The notes under the pieces: generated by a model
What the model saw: the letters and a program-made list of their open reading frames with translations, nothing else
The model's database searches: none
Told to the model about the DNA's origin: nothing
Made by a program: the position numbers and the translations under genes
In this document: piece by piece, positions 38,281 to 51,400 of the stretch
Numbering within the stretch: position 1 is the first letter of the stretch
How the letters are laid out: each line of letters starts with the position of its first letter
Assembly: GCA_000934665.2 (NCBI GenBank)
Contig: JYFJ02001961.1
Location: 1 to 64,000, forward strand
Reading direction: 5' to 3'
Length of the DNA stretch: 64,000 nucleotides
Source of the DNA: Catajapyx aquilonaris
Lineage: Eukaryota

Positions 38281-38391
38281 CGCCAGAACCCACGCCTCAA
38301 TCCGCGCCTCAACCTGCGTCTACAAACGCGTCCGAACCACCACCGCCCTCGCCCAAACCATCCGCTTCCTCACTATCCTCCGGAGCTTTAA
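38281..38391 (+). other. Putative stop-codon readthrough extension of the Maf protein (36 aa)
   Basis: TGA-C context; in-frame RQNPRLNPRLNLRLQTRPNHHRPRPNHPLPHYPPEL then TAA; synonymous variation among the NPRL repeats. Confidence 0.6.
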
Positions 38392-40561
38392 AGTCAACCC
38401 TCCCATGTATAGGTCGGGACGCTCACGTTCAGACATAACCAAAACTCTCTTCCATCACCGGGACACTCGTGTCACGACTGCCTTCCTGTCTGCCGCTCTA
38501 GGTTTCAGCTGGAGCGAGCGGGAACATTGCGAGACATTGCTCGCACGGGACGAAATTGCTCGTTCGTGATAAAATTGCCAAGTTGGAAGCAGCAGGTGTC
38601 GCTTGACACTTGAAGCCGCGGAGTCCGATATCAAAGTGTAGGTAAAGTACAGCTGGCAGTCGTGACATGACATGGCATGGAGTGGGGGAGAGTATGTTGG
38701 ATCCCTGGGACGAAGGTTGAAAGGAGGGGGCCGAAAAGGCAGATTAATCCGGGAGTTTTTAGCCGCACTTCTTGGCAGGAATGGAGGAAGCGGCCAGTGC
38801 TGCTAGCACCAACGTCAGTCGCTGGGGCCGCCTTGCTGCAGCAGCTGGCACCCTTCCAGCATGCCTCCAGCATGCCGCACCAGACCTGACACTGCTCTGA
38901 GACCCAACCCGCTACCGCACTCGACTGTACATAAACATTACGGGGGAAAGAAAAAGTGACCCCCATTCCTGAACATGTAATCTCAATTGCGCGGACGAAT
39001 CTTGGACCTGCCGGACGTGTTGTGCATTTTCATCTCTAAAGGACACCTGTGTTGAACTGTGAGACTTTATTGCTGAGTCAAAGTGCTCTCTACCGACTAT
39101 CAGTGGTTTGCATAGGCTCATTATGATGCTCCGTAGGCGTTGCTGTGGCTAGACATACAGTCTGCAATTTGTAAAACTCACCTAATCATCCCCAGTCCAA
39201 ATTATTCAGTACCCCCTCAATTACTATTTCTTAGCTGATTAGATGATGATGATAATAATATTATTAATAATAACAACAATAATAATAGTAAGTAATCATA
39301 ATGCATTTTGAAGACCTTATTATGTAAGTACCTGGCTTGAAAAGTATTGTCTGTTTCTGTCGACACAAGACGTTTACTCTAACGTACAAAACAAACGAAA
39401 TTAGTGATTGGGGAAAACGCTATGGACGAAACCTATATGAAAAAATTTTATTAACTGGTTCTATGTCATGCGTATGAATTCGGAGCAATTGAGAATATTC
39501 TAGTGGTGTGTGTTCCACTTTTAGCATTTAGGCCTCTTTGTGATAGGTCCTTGTTATCGATGTCAAGTGCTTACGGCGGCTCAAGTAGCCCTCCACTTTT
39601 TGTTTACTTTTTTCTACGTTTTGCCCTTTCTGAACAGAGAAAGGTATTTTTTTTAAATATCCAGTAGCTGAACAATATGATTCATCCAGACATGTCCCCT
39701 GTCCCATTCACTGCCTCAAATACACGGATCATATTTGTTGGTTTATACGGTAACAAAACTGTTCAGTTTTTTTCCCATATTTTGTGTGTATAATTAATGA
39801 TAATTGATTACCCGCGCGGATCTGGCTATTAAAACACACTCATACTATAGCTATACCTGAGGAGTTATATGCGACTTTTATATCCACACACAATTGGGGT
39901 ACCATCTCCAGTGGACATATAGTCTCTTCACACCTTTTGTTTTGTTTACTTGCATTAAAATAGGAGCCTGCCAAGCAACGATTATTGTACATAGCAAAGG
40001 GTATTTTCAAGAGCATTGTTTCCAGAAAAATCATGTTATAGGTGGTGTGAACTACATGTTATTCATAGTTGTCTGAAGTAGCATTCCAGAGAATGTAACT
40101 TTGTTAGACTGCCCTGTTTTATCTCTCTCTCTCTCTCACTCACTCTCTCTCTCTCTCCTTCTCCAACCCCCACCCTTTCCCCCACCCAATCTCTCTTTTT
40201 CCTCAAAAAAACGTCCGCAATGAAGAAAGTTGGTTCAGTTTCCGATTGGCTCACAGGGTTTTCCAGAACTGAAAAAAAAGACAGCTAGGGAGAGAGGGAG
40301 AGACGTTGCGATGAGAAAAAGTTGTCCCCTCGGTGGGTCACTGCTGCTCACTTGTAGATGACTCGTAAAACAGCGCTTATTTGTTTGCCCCTTCCGCGCA
40401 CAACTGCCTGCAGATAGAGCCGAATCAAAGGTGGCCATGGCAGATTGCTCATTCAGTGCGGCGGACTTTTCAGCGTTTGCATTCCAACTGGCAGTCTATT
40501 ATTATTAATCTTCATGTATAACCCAGAAGACACGCCCTCATATGTTATTGTCGCCTGTGCC

Positions 40562-40738
40562 AATAAAGCGCAACCCTTTGTTATTCGTTTGTTCAAGGTG
40601 ACAGGGCAGAACATGATCTATAGCACTCAAAGATTTTTTGGTTTTTTTTGCCAACTTGTTAACTATTATCATACAGATGTAATTTCACCCCCAACCCCCC
40701 CTCCACGCTTTCACGTTAGTAGAAAATGCAGAAATAAA
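40562..40738 (+). terminator. Candidate polyadenylation signals of the Maf gene
   Basis: AATAAA at 40562 and 40733, the second followed by T/GT-rich sequence; would imply a 3' UTR of about 2.3-2.5 kb. Confidence 0.35.
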
Positions 40739-43582
40739 GCACTGCCCCATTGTTATCTGGTATTGTTCTTTCTTCAATTTGATGCCTTGCTCTGGGATTC
40801 GATTGGTTTATTGGGAAGGGTTGCAAAATGGGGAGTTTATTTTTAGGATGAGGGGAACAAAACAACAACTTCGAGGACATCGACGCTGTGTGTGAGCAGG
40901 AGTTCAGGTAAGGCAAAGAGTTATTAATTGCGCAGAATTGAGACTTGGCCGGACCTAAATGCAGTATTTTTGGTAAAGGTTGTGACAGATGTGTTGGCAG
41001 AAAAGGATATTAGCTCTACTGACAAGGGCACTTTGTGAGAGTAGAGAATTAGCTTATCATAAATAAGTTATCGCCAATCTGGGAAAACTATTATTTTAAT
41101 TAGTGTTGTGAACACCAATTGAATTCAACTATCAAATCACGTGATATCATGTTGATTTCCTATTATTAATTGGATTCGCCTGCTAGGATTTCCATTCAAT
41201 ATACGAATAATATTGTATGAGGCATTTTCTGTCGTCTCCAAAAATGAATGGGGGAGCCAAGTGTAGTTGCAGGCCCATATTACTCGTAGAAGTGTGCTAG
41301 GAAAAGGCAACGTTCAGATTTACATCCTACTATACACTAAACGGACAATGCCCTTTATGATCACCATAAGCAGCATTTCCAATTCCAAACTGTCGCAATT
41401 TACTCGTACCAAAAATCAACACCATTTTGGCCCGGACTGTACGCTGTAAGTGGTCCGGAAGTAATGACGATTACTAATGGTTATTCATTGATGAGCGTAG
41501 AATTCTGCAATCACAACCAAATTCTCACCGCATTGCATCCATGCAAATCACATTAGTGTCAATTGCATGCACCACAGCAAACAGCACAGGCTGGCGAAAT
41601 TTTGCCCACCAAAATTCTACCCCCAACTTTTTGGTACCTCCCAGAAGAATCTGTAATAAAATCACCACGACCCATTCTGTTCCAGCCGAGGAACGTACCC
41701 TGGTGGCTGGGCAATAGACTACGTGCCTAGATCTATGCGCCAGTAAATGAGCAATAATTTATTATCAGGGATGGTCTCGTTGCAGAGGGCAAAGAGTGTC
41801 CAAAATGGAGGCATCCACAAGTCCAGTAAAGTCCAAAGCGCTATCATCATTGTAGGACGATTAAAATGCTGTTGGACACATGCCCACGGACAAGCTTATT
41901 TCGGAAGGCTTATTAATAGGGGCGGCTGGCAAAAAGCGTAGGCTAAGAATAGGAAAGAGTGGTTTAAAAATGGTGGGCCTAGTTGGCAAATGGCGATGAA
42001 GCCTGCTGCTGCTTGTAGGACGCCAAAAAACCCTCCTTGTAGCTAGGCCACCACTAAATGTTTATGGTCCACCGAATGGGCCTGCGTGGGTTGAATGATG
42101 CCAAACACACGTGTTTCAGTGACCACCATCAATTTAGGAGCGTCCCTGGAGCATCCTGAGCAGATAACGGCAGCAATTGTGTCGAGAGAGTGCCGTAGGG
42201 GACGCCATGTAGATGGAGTGATATGACACGAACAGTGCCCATGTTTTAAAAAAGAACACGATTTGAACACTTGTTGCCCTTATTCATTTGTTGTGTAGAT
42301 GTATGCTTTAAAATGTTGCTATGAAATACTAGACAAGTTGGTTACTGTCTTTGTCCTCGTGTGAGGCATGCCTTTGCAGATAAGTGACAGAGGATAAGAC
42401 TAAATATAGAGTCCGGGATGGCGGGCACAGTATCGTTACATTGAAGGTCAAGTTGGGATGTTCAAAGTCAGGAGCGTGCAGGAAATTGCATACTGACCCG
42501 ATTTTTTTTTGCATTTCCTTGACATTACGTACAGTAGACTACTAGATCTTCAGTTAGATTCGGGATTGCTATTGGGAATGTGGAGACTTTTCTTGAAAGT
42601 TTACAGACTGCTTTGTATGTAACAATACATGCTATTATTCCTGTTGGCAGATTTACTGATGTGGTTTTGTAATCGGCAGATCAGTGAATGTTGCAAACAA
42701 GTGCCGGCAAAGTCTGATCGATCCATTCACATTTTCTTGCTGTTTATTCGGTATCGAATAATTTATTTTAAAAAATCTCATCAGCACATTGCTAATAAAC
42801 CTCCTGATCAAACAACGACGGAAGTTCCAGCAATAACTGTTACACAGGTAGTTTAAAAAAAGCACATTTAGGAATAAAACCCTCACATTCCAATCTGGGA
42901 TCCCGGTTCTAATCCCGGAGCTGGCAGTGTTTCTCACCGTCAGTAAGGCCAAATTTTTTGCCAGGTATTCAGGTACCGCTCCTTGGGTAAGGCCCATCCC
43001 ACATGCGTTCAAAACAGTGTCTTTTTTAACCTTGATATATGGATACACTGTTATAACCCCCCCAGTGTTTCGGATGTGAGGAGCACAATTTGCCAAAGGC
43101 TATCAGAGCTATATGCAGGGCACCAGGAAACCCGATAAAGAGTCTGACGCCAAGTAATCATCACGATCATCTATTGCACGGTGGGGCATTCGAGACGAAA
43201 GGAAGGGTGGAATAGCAGTCAATGCAGACAGCGAGTCGTGATTTCGAATTTTGAAAACCCGCATATATACGGTATGGTGTGATCGGTTCCCAGAAAACTC
43301 TATGGGAAGACAAGGCGCATAGGATAAAAGGGTTCGTATCTCTCCTCCTGGCATATTATATATGTGACACGATCTGAACAAAGGGAAGGAGACAGGAGGG
43401 AACGCCCTCGTCCTATTTGTTCCCTTTGGCTCCCACTCTTGCGCTTTCCCCAAACCGTCATTATGTGGCCCGATTGATAGAAAAGGCGCGGCATCACAGC
43501 CAGACTTCCCCACCAAAAAATGCCAACGATTCTGACGATAACTGTTATTTACGGTCGGACCAAAAAAGAACCGCGATTTTTC

Positions 43583-43596
43583 TGCTGACTTCAGCA
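43583..43596. promoter_or_regulatory. Near-perfect palindromic Maf recognition element (CRE-type MARE)
   Basis: TGCTGACTTCAGCA matches TGCTGACGTCAGCA at 13 of 14 positions, with a T-rich 5' flank. Confidence 0.4.
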
Positions 43597-45235
43597 CCAG
43601 ACACTACATTTTGGGATATGCAAGGAAACGACACATATGAATTGGCACTGCAGATTTGCTACAAATTATACACAGTTTTAGTTAGTTGTCAATTTTTTCG
43701 TACTAATATTTGCACATGTGTGTCCGTATAGTGAGCTGGCGTACACGGCAGACTGTGCGTCCACACTCTTTAAAAAAAAGCAAACATGCCGTGTATTTAG
43801 TGGTGGCGGTTGGCCTGAGAGCAAACTTGGCATTCAGCTCAATACATGCCCCTAGCAAAAATGCACTATAAACCACGTTGTATATTAAGTCCGGCGCAGG
43901 AAGGTTGGTTACATGTTTGCCAAGTCCATTTGATCTGGTTTGTATTATTAGTTATTTCCGGTGTGTAGCAGGCCAAATGAAGGTGGTTTGAACAGTATGT
44001 GGTGCAGTAGTGATCTGTGGTAGGGAATGGAGGGGAATCTGGGGGAGGGATTTGTTTGAAGTGCGAAGGAGGATGCAGAGGTTGCAAGAGCCTTGTCCAT
44101 TCATCTCACACGCACCCGGCAAATCAGGCCGAAAAGGGAGGGTTCATTCATTCACTTTGGATCACAAAGGAAAGTGAGGGGATGGAGTGTGGTGGTGGCT
44201 GCCCTCATGCGGGTTCATCTCACTGTCTCAAATCGCATCTTCTTCTGCCGAGAGAGCTGCCATGTCATGCTTCACAAACCTCCCCTCCCCTTTCCACCGA
44301 TTTGTACCTTTCTTGAACTTTCAATTACCACTGTCTCCTCCTTCGGCAATTGAAACGACTTCTCGGTAAAGCACAACCTTGTTTTGAAAAACATCTATGA
44401 CATAACCCTAAGTGTCAAGTTTCAGCCATATTGCGCAATACCGTGGGAAGAAATAAACTGCGAAATTTTGGAAGGGGCTGAAAATTAGACATTTTTTGGA
44501 TTATTTTTTCCAGTTAGTGGAAGTGGTCAAACCCCAATACACACATATCAAATGAAAAATAAAGACAAGGAGAATGCGCCTGTGGAATGAATTTGTTTTC
44601 CTCTAAAATGTAACCAGAAAAATGTGCGCGGCATTCCACTGGTCACATGCTAAGTGGCATGTCTAAATATTGTGACCCCAACAATTATTAGTGATGTATT
44701 TGAGTAACATCAGTCATATTTTGGTGACAGAAGTTGTGATCCCCACAAGATTTAATATGTTCAGTTTTAAGTCTGGTTCATGCATGGCCCGCGAGAAAAT
44801 CATGTTTCGCATATTTAACTTATCCACTAATTTTCGCGGGCCCACATTCTTGGACATGTGACCGATGGTATGCCACGCACGTTTTTCTGGCTACATTTTA
44901 AAGGAAAAAGGCACATTCTCCTCGTCTTTCTCTTTCATATGATATACTTACATGTTTATTGGATTTTAACCACTTCCACGAACCGAAAAAAAATCTCCAA
45001 AAGGGCCTCATTTTCGGTCCTTTCCAAACATTCCCAATATTTTCCATCCTCACGGTATTGCACAATATTGTTGAAACTTGATATTTAGCAAGATGAAATA
45101 GGCTGGTATACAGTTAGGTGTGTAGGCCTACAGCTGTGATTTCCCCCCCACCAAAATCCGAGATGGTCTCGCAGCATTTCGGCCCATTTGATTCGGAATG
45201 ACACCAATATTTCGAGCACCTTGGCTTCTTGAATG

Positions 45236-45358
45236 CCCCGAGGTCAAAAACAAAGGTCAGACAAAATGAAATGCCATTAACTTATGTGAGTTACGAGTGA
45301 CCTAAGGAACAGCAGCAATGAAGTCCCATGGAAAAATATAATGTCGTGTTGCATAGTA
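45236..45358. mobile_element. End of a DNA-transposon-like repeat shared with 732-852
   Basis: Colinear similarity ending in GTTGCATAGT; the element probably extends upstream toward about 44.4 kb. Confidence 0.5.
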
Positions 45359-45367
45359 TTAGGGGCG

Positions 45368-45372
<5 letters not shown>

Positions 45373-45428
<56 letters not shown>
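45373..45428. repeat. (CT)n microsatellite
   Basis: About 28 perfect units. Confidence 0.95.
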
Positions 45429-45432
<4 letters not shown>

Positions 45433-48400
45433 TCAGCACAAATACAGTATTGACAGTATAAAGTCTAAGTCGCTAAGACAACCGATCACTGAAATGAACT
45501 TATTGTGAAAATGACGTAACTAAAAAGCAGTACGGTATCCAGTTTGAAGGGACTCAATCACTTAAATTGATCATAAAACAACTCACAATATTTTAGAGCA
45601 AAATGATATGCAGACAAGCTGTAAACTTTGCTGGTTAGCTAAGAGCGTTTAAGTTCCAGTTGTTTGCGACACGGCTTATAACGTGTGTAATGTGCGTTGG
45701 CGGATGTTAAAAAAAATAGGGCAGTTAAGATGTCGAGGGAAGTGCTACACGTGCACCGTTACATCATTATAAATTTTTATTGACATCGGCCTTCAAGGAA
45801 CTATGTGTGTAATCCTCTATACGGCTTCTTGCACTGTGTATACCTATACTGAATAGATGGAGTCACTCGAACCAAAATGACACAATTTATAACCTACGCA
45901 CTTAGAGCACTACTGTGACACCCTACCAGTTGGGAAAAATGTGTTTCACTACTTTGGATCTAACTTATCTACCTTCTTCAGCCTCGAGGGGTATCCAATC
46001 AGGCTTGGAGGGGGTTGGGTGGGGTTTAGAATTGTTGGTGATAATTGTTGGTCTTCACTTGTCTGTCTCACAGAAATGGGAAGGTCCCGGAAGGTCCGAT
46101 GTCATACGATGCCTTTTAAAATATTTTGCATATAGATACATTGTGTCATCCCCTTCATAATTATGGTGTTGTCCAGCAGGATGGATGTCATGGTGTGTGC
46201 ATGCTGCACAAGTGCACAACAAGTATTGTTCGTAAAAATCTGGACCGACTGAGATTATCCGGACCTCGAGTTTCGCCTAGTCATCGATTCTCGCGTCACA
46301 AATAAGGCTACACTTGCTCGGACAATTCGCTTGCTTACCAAAAGGTCAGGCCTACTCAGAGTCAAAATATCCCTTGGTTCCAGACTAACCATGGCAACCG
46401 ACACCACAAGTCTTCCTTATGGCCTTGCAGTTTGTTCTGCACTTGAGGTGTGCTACAGGTTACACTGGAAATGTACGCAGACTTAAATATAAACATAAGT
46501 GTAAACCTCGTATAAAATTGTCTTCCTATTAAGAATAATATTAGGTCAGGGCCCAGCTACATTATAGTCTAGGCAGATGCACTCTATACGTGGTCACTGT
46601 GACCCATGAAGGACACAGGATCTGCATAAATTAACGTAAAAGCGAAACGATGTTGATTGTTAATAATATATTTATGTAAGTAGCTTGCACACATCTGTAT
46701 AGGCCTACAGAAAAATCCACTACTACAAATTGAACACGCTTTTTGTGCAATATCAGTTCTAAAAATGCATTTAAATTGCCATTTTGATGGCAATCAAATG
46801 CGGGTGGGTAGGGAAGAGACATTGGAAATCTCAGGATTTGTCAACTTATGCTTAGAGTCATGTGCACGTGGAATGACTCACTTTCATGTGAATCACTCTT
46901 GTTTAGTATAATATTACTTGCTTGCATTCATGTCCAATGTGTAGGCTACTGTACATAACAGTCTGTTGAAGATACTCGACATATTTATTTAATTTATCCT
47001 TGTTCACCCCGTGCCGAGGCCGGAGGCTTGTTTTGGAGTCAGATACTCAACATCCTTGGCACTTGTTTTTTCCAAGCCTTCACTCAATCTCTGATTTTAA
47101 TAAGAAGTAATTATTAATACACGTAGATTTCCCAATTATATTGACATTGTTAGAAAGAGACGCCAATTTCTAACCAATTACAGTGTAATGTTCTGCATCA
47201 CCCAGACTGCTTGTTGCTTCCTGTTCAGAAGAGAGGCAAGGATATTACTCAACTCCAACAAGTATATGGTTAGCCCGCGGCAGGTCGTGACAATGAGGCC
47301 TACACATGCATTTATCTGGAAAGGCGTTAGTGTGCCCTGCCTTAGGCTCAAGTTACATGAATGTTTATGTAGTAAGCGGGATATGAAGGGATCATGTAAC
47401 ATAGGAGTCACTGACTGAGTCAACTCGGGTCAGCTTCACTATAACCATCATTCTGCCATCCCTTCCGTATAATAAATACTGTCTTGTAGTTCTTACTGGA
47501 TGAAATAACTGATAAGATGCAACATTTCTGAACGGCTCATCTGAATACAATCCCTGTTCTATTCTGTCGAATCAATTACTTGTTGAGTTTAATTCGAAAG
47601 TAGCCGATCCCGTGTTGAGGTCAGGACTTGTTTCTTATCTGCATGGTTTTTTATGTTTATGTTCATAGTTTATGCAACGGACAGCGAACGTGTCAGTGAT
47701 AATACCGTTCGAATTTGGGGGGCTTGCAGTGTAGTCAACATGTATCTGCCCACCCCCCACCCCGGGAGGTGGCAAATTTGCTCTGCATCACACTAGACTA
47801 TGTGACTTAATGAGAAGCAGGCACGTGAAGGCCTTCCTTTATGGCCACTCATTGTCAGTCTAGCTTCTAATAGGTCCTGTAACACTGGAGTTCATTCATA
47901 ATAAATTAAACCTTCTTTTGAAACAGGCCTCTATGATAGACACTTGTGCATACAGTCATGTCATAAAAGAAGAGCCGAATTGTATCAACTCAAATTAAGA
48001 GAAAATGTCTCTTTATGAATGGTGAATAATTCATAATTTTATCTTAATTTTGTGTTCATGTAACTGCTGACAGTAAGTAGCCTACAAAGCCAGCTCTCGG
48101 TGCTTTGAGCATAAGCACGGTCAGTCCCTGCAAATGTCTTTTAATAAAGGCCAAGGCCAAGGCCAAATTCTTGAGGGGACACAGCTCCAAAACATATCGA
48201 GATAATAAGTGGAGTACGTGTCCGTTTGATCCAAAACGTTACAAACAACTGGCAAAAAATGAAACCAAAACCACGTGACTAAGATGTTTCGAAAATAATA
48301 AGGCAGATATCCCAATTTAAAGTATTGGACGAAGATAAATATTTTTTGCAGGTGTTGCTTTATTTACATGACTAGAGTGAACTTGCACGGTTGCGTTACC

Positions 48401-51400
48401 CACCATTGTGTATCACCCATTCATCTTCTCGTTAATTGGGTAGATATCATAACAGGCCTAAAAGAATGGCGTGTATATGATCAATCACTGTAATCAACTT
48501 AAATGTGTCATCGCAAAGTGGGCGTAGTAACCATAATCATGCCAATGTTATCGGCCTATTTACTCATGCAAAAACAAAAAGCCACGCCACCCTGTCTGCA
48601 GGGCAACAAGAACTGCACAAAGCAGTCATACATACCTCATCCTAAGTACTGGTGCAGACAACATTAACTTTGTCTGAACATCCAGAACTGAATTATCCCA
48701 CGTCCAAAGTCGTAAAAAAGCTATCAATCTAGATCATACTAGCTGTCAACAATGCCACCTGGATTGGACTTGGATCCTTGTAGGGCATACCGAAGACGAG
48801 CTGCGCAAGAAGTGTGCAAATAGTTTATACCCAGAGGATGTAACGCAACCAGAGACCATTTCCTGTAGACTCAGCTGACCTGACCATTTTGCATTGCCTT
48901 CCGCATTTGAGCCGCGTGCATCAAATTAACTTCAATAATCTTTGTACAAGACTGAGACACGATGACCACGCAATATTACAAGGTAATACTATACAAACAT
49001 ACACGATCGAATTACACTTTAGTTGCTAGGTACTATATCCCGAAAAAGTTTGGACAATATCAACACGGAAAGTACCCATGTGTCCGCAATTTCTTTTGAC
49101 AGTACGTAACAGCGATGAGGTCTGGTCGTTGCTGAAGACTACAGAGGGTCGCAAATGAGTGTAATGTATGGGCAGCCCCTAAGCAGAGCCAAAGGGGCTA
49201 GATGAGCTTTATTTAGCGGCCTAGATGAGGGTGGGTGGATGGGAGTGAGGAACGCTCGAAGCAGATTTATCCGGGGGCCAACTCATTTACGAGGGACAAA
49301 AGATTCGCGTCCGACTTGGTGACAATTGAGCCAAGTGAAAGATGGAGTGGACGTTCGGAGAGGTCAACAAGTTCGGAGAAGCATATTCATCACGCCCAAC
49401 TTTTCCCCTCCAGCCAACTTTGTCCGCGCGCCATCAGGAAAAAAACGGAAAGAGAAAAAAAACACAGACTTTTTTTTTATGTGTGTCCAGGGTCTTTTTT
49501 TCCTCCTCCACCCCAGCCCCTGTGGCTTGCCAACCCAGCCACCAAACATGCCCCTTCGCCAAATTATACGCTGCTAGTCGATCGCTACTCTCTATACAGT
49601 ACAGGGTTAGTCATAACGTACGTGAAATTTCAAAGAACCGACTTCAACCTAACAATTGGCTGATAGAAAGCTTCTGGTGTGCCATATGGAACATCTTGGC
49701 TCCCAATGTATGGTCATAATTGTTATATCTGCTTATAGAGGGTGATGGCCACACTATCAGTTGGCCTTGGCCTTCATATTTGCGGTGCATGTTTTGTTGT
49801 TCAGCACTTGTCTTAAATTGGATTTGTGTAGTAGGTGATGACATCATCGGTCTGTGCCCAGCTGTCTTGAAGGTCTGACCCGGTAACCTGCATTTTCTGC
49901 GGAGTTTGACTGATAATATTTTGGATGTCAGGGTCGCAGAATGGGCCACGGCTCATTGGTTAAATTCTAAATTTTGTAGACAAATCTCATCTAAAAATAT
50001 GAAATGTTATCTTTAAAATGCACTATTTATTGATGTGGTTTGTTATTGACGGCACCAGTTATGTTTAGGACTGACGTGATCCATTGCCATTGACCTTTCA
50101 CACTCTCACCTTCGATCCTACAGTACATACCAGAGACTTGGTACAGGATGCTCCATTGTCAAGAAATGATCTAATAACCTCTGTGTGTTGCAGAATTCTC
50201 TCAGGCCCTTATCATACAACTCAAAAAATGACCCGGTCGGCCTTACTGGACGCCCAAGAATGCTCACGCGTTGTGTTGTGAACACTCTTTTACACAATAA
50301 TAACAATAAATATATTTTAACCTTGATGGTAGGCAGGAGGCAATTCAAATGTCCTCATAGCAACAAGCAAGGGCACGAGGCGTACAAAAGACTCCTTGTC
50401 AGCATAAAGGTTGCGAAATCATTCCAGTCCCTACCTGAAAGGAATAAAAACAATCCCTTGGACCCAACTGCGTATTACTTGTCTCTATAGACGGAGTACG
50501 AGTACGTGAGGATATTCATATTATGAATGCCTCATTTAACCACGTGCGGCTATTGCGACATGCTCTATTCAAATAAGCTATAAAGTACATACGGAAAAGC
50601 TTGTCGCTTGACAGGTAAACCATGTTAGTCACGGTAATTTCGGAAACCGCCAGTAGTAATCCTTGACTTGTATCACGTGACTATACCCATGGCCAGCAGC
50701 TAGTTTCTCTCACAATCCATGAAACATGAGTCCTTTTTTTCCCCCAACTGAATGTCCCCCATAATAATGAGCGACGTGGGGGAAAAGTAGACAAAAGAAA
50801 GCTCCTATAGACAAAGCGAGAAAAGTTTGGCTAAGTCTCCGTATCGGAGGGACATAACCCTCCCATTGGCTGATTTATCTTTCTACATATGCGACAAGGC
50901 CTTTCATAAGTGCAAGCCAGACAGCCCAGAGATTCTCTCTAGCCCTCTCTTTCTCTCTTCTCTTTTTCTCTAGCTGACCGGCGGCTGCCCCAATCGTTAT
51001 TCCCAAGTGTTTCCTCTCACCCTCCCCACTCCGCCACCCCCCACCCGCTGACTTTTCATAAGTTGACCAGCAATGGAATGGGCAGTCTAACACACCGGTC
51101 AACGGTCCACCCTTTCCACTTTTAGCCACAAGGTCCACAATCTGGACTCAGACTTAAATCCTTTCTGGCTCAGAATGTGTTTTAGAAAACATGGTTTTTT
51201 ACTCTTGTGTGTAGTGTATGGTATTGGTTCTAGGGCCAACTCACAAGTATGAATAAATGGCGGCTGGTGGTGGGGTAAAATGGTGGAATGAGATGGATGT
51301 CGGAAGAGTAGGAATCTGCGACACTCCGTTTGTTGGTCAGCCTATATTTATTTAGATGGGGACCTGGGCACAGGCAGATGGCTTTTACGATCACCTTTAT

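Noticed and set aside
37611..38569. 275-aa and 143-aa alternative-frame ORFs and antisense ORFs over Maf exon 2
   Set aside because: Non-ATG starts, composition explained by GC-rich codon usage, no recognisable domain
38281..38670. Specific readthrough-stimulating stem (GACGCCAG pairing with CTGGCAGTC near 38653)
   Set aside because: Only 8 bp with a bulge; cannot be supported without folding and covariation analysis
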